The translations under genes were made by a program, and so were the position numbers. Positions 57,828 through 64,000 of a stretch of DNA of 64,000 nucleotides are shown in pieces. Source of the DNA: an uncultured beta proteobacterium (GTDB lineage Bacteria > Pseudomonadota > Gammaproteobacteria > Burkholderiales > Burkholderiaceae_C). Location of the stretch: positions 74,356-138,355 of the forward strand of contig CAVPNN010000006.1 of the NCBI GenBank assembly GCA_963706655.1. The letters run 5' to 3'. How positions within the stretch are numbered: the first letter of the stretch is position 1; each line of letters begins with the position of its first letter. Below the pieces are notes generated by a model. It saw nothing but the letters and a program-made list of their open reading frames with translations, had not been told where the DNA came from and did no database searches.

Positions 57828-60814
57828 GGCGTCGGGCATCCGCGCGCGATCCAGTTCGCGATGGTCGTGTAGCCCGCGCTGCCGGTGGGCAGCACGGCCG
57901 CGCCCTGGCCCACCGCGCCCGCCGGATGCGGGATGCGCGAGGGCCGGCTCAGCAAGGTGTTGTTCTGCGGGTTGCAGGTGTCCGTGACCATGGTGAGCGT
58001 GACGTTGAAGTCGCCCCCGGGGTCACCGGTGAGCACGAGCCGGTTGCCTCCCGAACCGAGGCCCGTTTCGCTGCCGACCGGCTGGTGACAGCTGCGCGCG
58101 CAGGTGCTGCGCAGGATCGGGTGCACCTCGGCCGCGAACGTGGCCTCGTTCAGCGTGGTCACGCTGCGGACCTTGCTGGCGGCATCGAAGGGGTCGTTGA
58201 AATACTGGCCACCAAGGTCGATCCATTCGGCCACGAGGCGCTTTTCGGCCTTGTTGAGCAGCAAGGCGTGGTCGGGCGCGATCGCAGGCGGGTTCGGGTA
58301 GGCGCTGCGCGCCGCGCTGCCGGCGAGCAGGGCCTGGCCAGACAGGATCTCGATCAGGCGACTCTTGCGGGCCTGACCGGCGCTGTTGCTGGCGCTGGAA
58401 CTCGTCTGCACCAAGGGCGCCTGGCGCTGCAGCATCGGCACGCCATTGCGGACCACCGTCAGCGGCTGGCCGGTGGCCGGATCGATCGACGGGTCGCCGA
58501 TCAGCAATTCTTCGTACGAAACCAGGCGCCCGCCGCCGGCGATGGTGCCGCGCAGGTCGAGCCTGGCGGTCGCGAGGTGGCAGTTGGTGCAGGTCAGGCT
58601 GCCGCTGGCACCGCGGATGCGCGACCAGATCGGCTGGATGTGCTCGGGGTAGTTGATGACGCCATCGACCGGCGCGACGGTCTGCAGGTCGTCGGCCGGA
58701 TCGGGGTTGCCGGCATAGCGCAGCGAGATCGCGGCACGCGGCCGGGCCGCCGGGCGGGCCGGGTCGGCCCAGACATCGGCAAAGACGGGGTCGGGTTGCA
58801 GCAGCAGCTGGCGGGCATCCAGCCGTGTCCGCAGCGACGCCATGGTCTCGCCCGACTGGTGCTGGGACGCCAGCGCCGCACGCAGCGCGCTCGGCATGGT
58901 GTTGACCACGGTGCCGGAATTGAGCGCGCCACCACGGCGCGGGCTGTGGCAGCCGTCGCAGGTGCGGCGCTCGCCCGGGCGCACCTGGATCCAGTTGGTG
59001 TGGGTCTGGAAGGCACGACCCTGGGCGTCGATGATCTGCAGCGCGAGCGGAACGTCGGCCGGGACCTGGAGCTTGAACGATCCGTCGGGTTCGACCGGCG
59101 CATAGCCGAGGATCTGCTGCTGCTCGAACTCGGTCTCGCCGATGGCGCTGCGCAGGCCCATCGTGCTCGACGGTGGCGCAATCGCACGCAGGGCCCGCAC
59201 AAAGCGCACCGGGTTGCAGCCGTAGGCGGCGTCGGCCGGGTCCTTCATGCGCACCAGGTCGGCGACCATCGGTCGCGTCTCGCTCGGCTCGTCGGGCGGC
59301 GCGGTGGTGGCAATGCCGGTGCTGCAGCCCGCTGGCAGGTCGGCCGCGACGATCATCGGCTCACCCATGCGGCGCAGACCATCGGTGTCGAAGATGCTGC
59401 GCACCTCGATCAGGGCCAGGTCCTGCGCGGCCAGCTGCGGGTCGACATTGGTCGGGTCCGAGGCGGCGGGTTCGGCGCGCGCCTGCAGCGGCACCGGGTC
59501 GGTGTACATGAAGCCCGGCGGCGGTGCGGCCACGATGAGCCAGGTCTGGTCCTTGGGGTCGAACATGTAGATCGCGTAGGACGCGGGCACGTCGTCCTGC
59601 AGCGTGTCGGCAGCCGCTTCGGCGTCGGAGCGGTCGCTGCTTTGCAGGCGCGTGGTCTCGTCGGCGCTGAGGGTGGCGCAGGCGACCACGACGCCTTCCC
59701 GGCGCACCTCGCACGGGCGGTAGGCGACCAGCACGCGGTCGGTGCCGTCCCACAGCGGGTAGGGCGAGCTTGCACGGCCGTTCAGCGACAGGCCGCGCCC
59801 CAGCAACAGCGGCTCGGCCGTGGCTTCCTTCTGTCCGCCCTGGGCCGGCACGGTCCGATTGGCCGGCGTGTTGTGTTCGGAGTAGTTCGTGGCGTCGACG
59901 AACATCAGCGCGCCGCCTTCCTGCGAGCCCGACAGCGGCATCAGCGACGTTGCGAGAAAGCCCTTGTAGGCCCCGGCCGGATCCATCTCGCGTGGATGCA
60001 GAAAGCTGTTGCCGGGGCTCTGCGCGCCGTAGAAGACGAACAGATCGGTGCCGTCGGGCTTGGTGCGAAATACCGCGAATCGGTTCTTGTCTGCCACATG
60101 CTCCCAGCGTGCGAACAGGATGTCGCCGTTCGCCTGCACGACCGGGTTGCGGTCGTGGCTCTGGTTGAAGGTGATCTGCTCGATCCGGCCGCCGTCGGTG
60201 CGGGCGGTGTGCAGGTTCAGCACCCGCTCGCGTTCGTACTCGTCGAGCGCGTAGTAGCTGCGGCCCAGCGCCTGCTTGAGGTGCGACTTGGCCTGCCGGT
60301 TGGAGGCGAACACGAAGCCGCGGCCGGCCGGCAGGTAGGCCGGGTCGACGTCGTCGTCGGTGGTGGACGCCGTGATGCGACGCAGCTTTCCGTCCGTCAG
60401 GGCGCCCGCGCCGATGTCGTATTCCCAGAGGTTCCAGCGCCCGGTGCAGGCCGGCTTGCCGTCGATGGTGGAGCTGTTGGTCGTGGGGCAGCGCAGCGCG
60501 AAGACGATCTTCTTGCCGTCGTAGGAAACCTCGGGATCGGAGGCGTCACCGTTGCCTTGGGTGATGGTTGCGGTGAGGTTGTGCTCGGGTGCGCTGGGCG
60601 ATGACTTCTCGCGCAGCATCAGATCACCGCCGGGGGCGCTGGGCGTGCCGTTGGTGGGGGCGAGCTGGAGTGTGTTGACGCGCTTGACGTAGACCAGCGG
60701 CACATCGCCGTTGACGGTCACGGTGCCTTCGCCCGACGCTGAGCCGCCCTGGCAGCCGACCAGCAGCAGCGACATCGCGCCGACTGCGAACGACGCGATC
60801 GCACCGGGATTCAT
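57824..60814 (-). CDS. large lipoprotein (996 aa): TolB/PD40-like beta-propeller N-half, C-half with CxxCH and PSCyt1-like motifs (HzsA-related type)
   Basis: ATG 60814 (MNPGAIASFAVGAMSLLLVGCQGG). Propeller-like blades (EVSYDGKKIVFAL, GRGFVFASNR, NGDILFARWEH). CDGCH, CTNCH, CARSCH; HIQPIW and VHPILRSTC segments. The 228-codon upstream extension of ORF 57824-61498 overlaps apbE and is rejected. Confidence 0.7.
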   Translation of the reverse strand: MNPGAIASFAVGAMSLLLVGCQGGSASGEGTVTVNGDVPLVYVKRVNTLQLAPTNGTPSAPGGDLMLREKSSPSAPEHNLTATITQGNGDASDPEVSYDGKKIVFALRCPTTNSSTIDGKPACTGRWNLWEYDIGAGALTDGKLRRITASTTDDDVDPAYLPAGRGFVFASNRQAKSHLKQALGRSYYALDEYERERVLNLHTARTDGGRIEQITFNQSHDRNPVVQANGDILFARWEHVADKNRFAVFRTKPDGTDLFVFYGAQSPGNSFLHPREMDPAGAYKGFLATSLMPLSGSQEGGALMFVDATNYSEHNTPANRTVPAQGGQKEATAEPLLLGRGLSLNGRASSPYPLWDGTDRVLVAYRPCEVRREGVVVACATLSADETTRLQSSDRSDAEAAADTLQDDVPASYAIYMFDPKDQTWLIVAAPPPGFMYTDPVPLQARAEPAASDPTNVDPQLAAQDLALIEVRSIFDTDGLRRMGEPMIVAADLPAGCSTGIATTAPPDEPSETRPMVADLVRMKDPADAAYGCNPVRFVRALRAIAPPSSTMGLRSAIGETEFEQQQILGYAPVEPDGSFKLQVPADVPLALQIIDAQGRAFQTHTNWIQVRPGERRTCDGCHSPRRGGALNSGTVVNTMPSALRAALASQHQSGETMASLRTRLDARQLLLQPDPVFADVWADPARPAARPRAAISLRYAGNPDPADDLQTVAPVDGVINYPEHIQPIWSRIRGASGSLTCTNCHLATARLDLRGTIAGGGRLVSYEELLIGDPSIDPATGQPLTVVRNGVPMLQRQAPLVQTSSSASNSAGQARKSRLIEILSGQALLAGSAARSAYPNPPAIAPDHALLLNKAEKRLVAEWIDLGGQYFNDPFDAASKVRSVTTLNEATFAAEVHPILRSTCARSCHQPVGSETGLGSGGNRLVLTGDPGGDFNVTLTMVTDTCNPQNNTLLSRPSRIPHPAGAVGQGAAVLPTGSAGYTTIANWIARGCPTP

Positions 60815-61824
60815 GCGGGCTCCACGAATTCGTGGCGTGCGAGGCCGTTGGAGAAATGCAGGGCACCAGTTGCGTCGACCACGACGGCGTCCGCGTCCGG
60901 TACCGATTCCACCAGGGCCAGTCCACGTTCGACACCCTGCACGAACACGCTCTTGGACAGGGCCTCGCAGGTGAGTCCGTCGCTTGCGAGCACGGTGACG
61001 CTGTGCACATGGTCGGGCGATCGACCGGTGCGTGGGTCGATCAGGTGGTGGAAGCGCCGGCCGCCCTTTTCGAAGAAGCGCTCGTAGTCGCCCGAGGTCG
61101 ACAGGGCGACGTTCTCGAGCGGCAGCACCGCCACCACCTCGCCCGGGCGGCGTGGATGGCGGATCGCGATGGTCCAGGGCCGGCCCCGCCGATCGCCCAA
61201 CACGCGGCTGTCGCCGCCTGCGGCCACCATGGCGTGCGTTATGCCATGCCGGCGCAGCAACTCGATCGAGCAGTCGACGGCATGGCCCTTGGCGAATCCG
61301 CCGAGATCGATTCGAACACCCTCGCGGGCGAAGGCGACGGTGCAGCGCTCGGCGTCGAGCAGCAGATGCTGCCAGCCGACGTTGGCGCGTGCCAGCGCGA
61401 GCGTCTTCTCGTCCGGATGCAGCCCGCGCCGGTAGTCGTACAACTGACCTACGCCGGCGTAGGTGATGTCGAACGCACCTGCGGACCGCTCGGACCATGA
61501 CCGCGCGCGCTGCAGCAGCATGAGCGTTTCGGCGCTGATCGGGACCGGGCCGGCATGCGCCTCTCTATTGATATGCGAGAGCTCGGAGTCCGCCTTGTGC
61601 GGGCTGTACGTTCGATCGATGCGGTGCATCTCCTGCATCACGTCGTCGATCGCGGCCTCGGCCCGGCGCCGGCTCTCGGACCAGAGTTCGACCCGGATCG
61701 AGGTTCCCATGATGGCGTCGTCACGGCGCTGCCAACCGCCGAGCGGATTGGGCCGCACGAGCGCGCAGGGCCTGGCCGCGGCCATGCGCCGCGCCGCTTG
61801 CCACAACGGCAAAGACAGCTGCAT
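60811..61824 (-). CDS. apbE: FAD:protein FMN transferase (ApbE family)
   Basis: MGTSIRVEL..., FDITYAGVG, IDLGGFAKGHAVD, AMVAAGGDSRV, LSTSGDYERFF...HHLIDPRTG. ATG 61824 is preceded by AAGGA. Confidence 0.88.
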   Translation of the reverse strand: MQLSLPLWQAARRMAAARPCALVRPNPLGGWQRRDDAIMGTSIRVELWSESRRRAEAAIDDVMQEMHRIDRTYSPHKADSELSHINREAHAGPVPISAETLMLLQRARSWSERSAGAFDITYAGVGQLYDYRRGLHPDEKTLALARANVGWQHLLLDAERCTVAFAREGVRIDLGGFAKGHAVDCSIELLRRHGITHAMVAAGGDSRVLGDRRGRPWTIAIRHPRRPGEVVAVLPLENVALSTSGDYERFFEKGGRRFHHLIDPRTGRSPDHVHSVTVLASDGLTCEALSKSVFVQGVERGLALVESVPDADAVVVDATGALHFSNGLARHEFVEPA

Positions 61825-62173
61825 CTGAAGTCCTTCTGGAAGAGGGCACGAGTTCGTGGCGGACCTTAGGGGCTGCGGTCGGCGCGAGCGGTGACCGCTG
61901 GTGGCCATGTGTGGTCAGATGAATCAGTTGCGTCAAACGTGTCCGGTTGAGACGGCAGGGTCGCAGCGTCGGGCCGGCAGTCGGTTCGTGAGAAAAGCCA
62001 CGAAGCGCGCGGCAAATGGCATCGATTGACCTGAGGCAAGGGGGCACGCGCAGTGCATCCGGCGGCTTCGCCTTGTTGCGCTTGCTACGTCTGGCCGCGC
62101 CGAGCGAGTTCCTTGCGTGGCCAGCGACAATGGAAGCGAACCGTGGCTGCCCGAGCCCGAACTTCCACCGCCG

Positions 62174-62968
62174 ATGCTCTTCCTTCTGTCACCCGCCAAG
62201 ACCCTCAACTACGACGCGCCGATCGGCGCCGAGACCTGGGCGCGCACGACCCGGCCTGCATTCGTTCCCCGCACGGCGGCATTGATCGATGTGCTGCGCG
62301 CGAAGGACGCACAAGACATCGCGTCGCTGATGTCGCTGTCACCCGCGCTGGCCGAATTGAACGTGGCCCGCTACAAGGCCTGGCGGCCGCGCTTCACGCG
62401 CCACAACAGCAGGCCCGCCGCGCTGGCGTTCGACGGCGAGGTCTATGCCGGGCTGAACGCGAGGGCACTCGATCCGGAGGCACTGGGCTGGGCGCAAGAC
62501 CACCTCGTGATCCTGTCCGGCCTGTACGGCGTGCTGCGCCCGCTCGATCTGATGCAGCCCTATCGCCTCGAAATGGGCACACGCCTGAACACCGCCAAGT
62601 CGCACGACCTGTACGGCTTCTGGGGCAGTGAGCTGTCGAAGTACCTGAACCGCCGCCAGCGCGGCGATCCGGACCGGGTGGTCGTCAATCTCGCCTCGCA
62701 GGAGTACGCGCGTGGGGTGGATCGACGGGCGCTCAAGGCGCGTGTCGTCGACTGCGTCTTCGAGGACTGGAGTGATGCCGGCTTCAAGGTGATCGGCTTC
62801 TTCGCCAAGCGGGCCCGTGGCCTGATGGCGCGCTACGCGATCGACCGGCGAATCGAGTCGGTCGACGACCTGCGCGCGTTCGACGCGTCGGACTACCGCT
62901 GGGTGGCGGGCGCGTCGACCGCCGACCGGTGGGTCTACCGGCGCCGTTTGCCAGAATCGCCTGCATGA
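62174..62968 (+). CDS. yaaA: peroxide stress protein YaaA (UPF0246)
   Basis: MLFLLSPAKTLNYD...LSGLYGVLRPLDLMQPYRLEMG...VVNLASQEY...FFAKRARGLMARY. Confidence 0.9.
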   Translation: MLFLLSPAKTLNYDAPIGAETWARTTRPAFVPRTAALIDVLRAKDAQDIASLMSLSPALAELNVARYKAWRPRFTRHNSRPAALAFDGEVYAGLNARALDPEALGWAQDHLVILSGLYGVLRPLDLMQPYRLEMGTRLNTAKSHDLYGFWGSELSKYLNRRQRGDPDRVVVNLASQEYARGVDRRALKARVVDCVFEDWSDAGFKVIGFFAKRARGLMARYAIDRRIESVDDLRAFDASDYRWVAGASTADRWVYRRRLPESPA

Positions 62969-63810
62969 ACACCGGGCCCTATCGCGCGCAGGCCATGACC
63001 GAGGAGTTGCGGGGCTGGCTCGAGACCCAGTTGCGCGCCGGATGTGGCCGCGCCGAGATCCTGTCCGCGATGCGGGCGAGTGGCTGGTCCGAGGTCGACG
63101 CCGAGCGCGCGCTGGGCGCCGTCTCGACCACCCTGACGCCGGCGCAGCCGGTCCCGGCCGCGGTCGAGGTCCCGCGACCCGATGCGGGGCCGGTCATTCA
63201 CGTCGACGGCCGCGAGGTGCGTGTGCTGCTGTCGATGCGCAGCCCCAGGCTGATGATCCTGGCCGGCCTGCTCAGTGACGCCGAGTGCGAGGCCTTGATC
63301 GAGGAGGCGGCCCCGCGCATGGCGCGATCCGAGACCGTGGCCGATGCGGACGGTACGAGCGAGGTCAATCCGGCGCGCACGAGCGACGGGATGTTCTTCC
63401 TGCGCGGCGAGTCCCCGTTGATCACGCGCATCGAAGCGAGGATCTCGGCCCTGCTGCGCTGGCCCGTGGGGTGGGGCGAGGGGCTGCAGGTCCTGCGCTA
63501 TCCCCCCGGTGCGCAGTACCGACCGCACCATGACTATTTCGATCCGGCGCACCCCGGTTCGGCGGCGGTGCTGGCGCGCGGCGGGCAGCGGGTCGGCACC
63601 TTGCTCATGTACCTGAACACGCCGGCGTCGGGCGGTGCCACGGTGTTTCCCGACATCGACCTGGACATCCCCGCACATCGCGGCCAGGCGGTCTTCTTCA
63701 GCTATGACCGCCCGCACCCGGTGACGCGAACCCTGCACGGAGGTGCTTCGGTGATCGAAGGCGAGAAGTGGGTCGCCACCAAGTGGCTGCGCGAGCGCAA
63801 GTTCGACTGA
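62965..63810 (+). CDS. 2OG-Fe(II) oxygenase, prolyl 4-hydroxylase-like, with an N-terminal extension of about 90 aa
   Basis: YRPHHDYFD (HxD), GGATVFP, HGGASVIEGEKWVATKWLRE. ATGA overlap with yaaA (62965-62968). Confidence 0.85.
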   Translation: MNTGPYRAQAMTEELRGWLETQLRAGCGRAEILSAMRASGWSEVDAERALGAVSTTLTPAQPVPAAVEVPRPDAGPVIHVDGREVRVLLSMRSPRLMILAGLLSDAECEALIEEAAPRMARSETVADADGTSEVNPARTSDGMFFLRGESPLITRIEARISALLRWPVGWGEGLQVLRYPPGAQYRPHHDYFDPAHPGSAAVLARGGQRVGTLLMYLNTPASGGATVFPDIDLDIPAHRGQAVFFSYDRPHPVTRTLHGGASVIEGEKWVATKWLRERKFD

Positions 63811-63828
63811 GGCGACGCGCCGGCGATC

Positions 63829-64000
63829 TCAGGCGGTGACGGTCTCGCCATGTTGGGGCACACGCACCGGCCAGCCCAGCTCGTCCTTGATCCGCATGCG
63901 CAAGGCATCGCTGGCGCCGGGCTCGCCATGCACCACGAAGGTATGGGCCGGCGCATGCTTCATCTTGCCGAGCCAGGCCAGGAGGCCGTTGGAATCGGCG
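63829..64000 (-). CDS. 3' end of an MBL-fold/beta-CASP hydrolase gene, truncated by the window edge
   Basis: The reverse strand reads ...ADSNGLLAWLGKMKHAPAHTFVVHGEPGASDALRMRIKDELGWPVRVPQHGETVTA*. This pattern is typical of the C-terminus of MBL-fold RNA-metabolising hydrolases. Confidence 0.5.
   Translation of the reverse strand, partial: ADSNGLLAWLGKMKHAPAHTFVVHGEPGASDALRMRIKDELGWPVRVPQHGETVTA

Noticed and set aside
60815-61498. A 228-codon N-terminal extension of ORF 57824-61498, which would make a 1224-aa protein.
   Set aside because: The extension is Arg-rich nonsense and completely overlaps the well-supported apbE gene in another frame. A lipoprotein signal (MNPGAIASFAVGAMSLLLVGC) starts at ATG 60814, in an ATGA overlap with the apbE stop.

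Overview
This is a visibly high-GC proteobacterial chromosome segment. Gene content, hisZ-purA synteny and CTGT-N8-ACAG LexA boxes fit a Burkholderiales-type beta-proteobacterium, but the taxon is inference.

- **0-7.2 kb:** housekeeping genes (hisZ, purA, a phosphoribosyltransferase, tRNA-Leu(CAG), RNase R) and a translationally coupled MoaD-like/BNR-propeller pair.
- **7.5-20.2 kb:** a type I secretion locus with a HlyB-family ABC exporter, a HlyD-family adaptor, a small membrane protein and a giant RTX protein carrying an N-terminal class-3-lipase-like domain. About ten frame breaks interrupt the adaptor, the small gene and the lipase domain. The exporter and a 6.9-kb RTX ORF are intact.
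- **21.6-30.7 kb:** the SOS mutagenesis genes imuA-imuB and dnaE2. Each has its own near-consensus LexA box, and three unrelated genes separate them. dnaE2 carries two inverted copies of a C6G6-palindrome repeat and one frame break.
- **30.8-45.5 kb:** mixed accessory and metabolic genes (hydrolases, MFS transporter, PAS-GGDEF-EAL, GNATs, CPBP protease, cytochrome c5, crotonase, methyltransferase, SDR, dodecin).
- **45.6-61.8 kb, minus strand (best candidate for a novel system):** a 16-gene, translationally coupled operon. It joins an ApbE / DUF3570 / DUF4266 / TlpA flavinylation-type module, two PSCyt-like CxxCH lipoproteins and two small outer-membrane barrels to a TPR-TPR-ExbB-ExbD-ExbD-TonB-like motor that resembles the Agl/Glt core.
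- **Right end:** yaaA, a 2OG-Fe(II) oxygenase and a partial MBL-fold gene.

I saw no transposase, integrase, CRISPR array or rRNA. Single frame breaks at G/C runs occur in several otherwise good genes, so sequence quality versus real gene decay has to be resolved before any of them is called a pseudogene.
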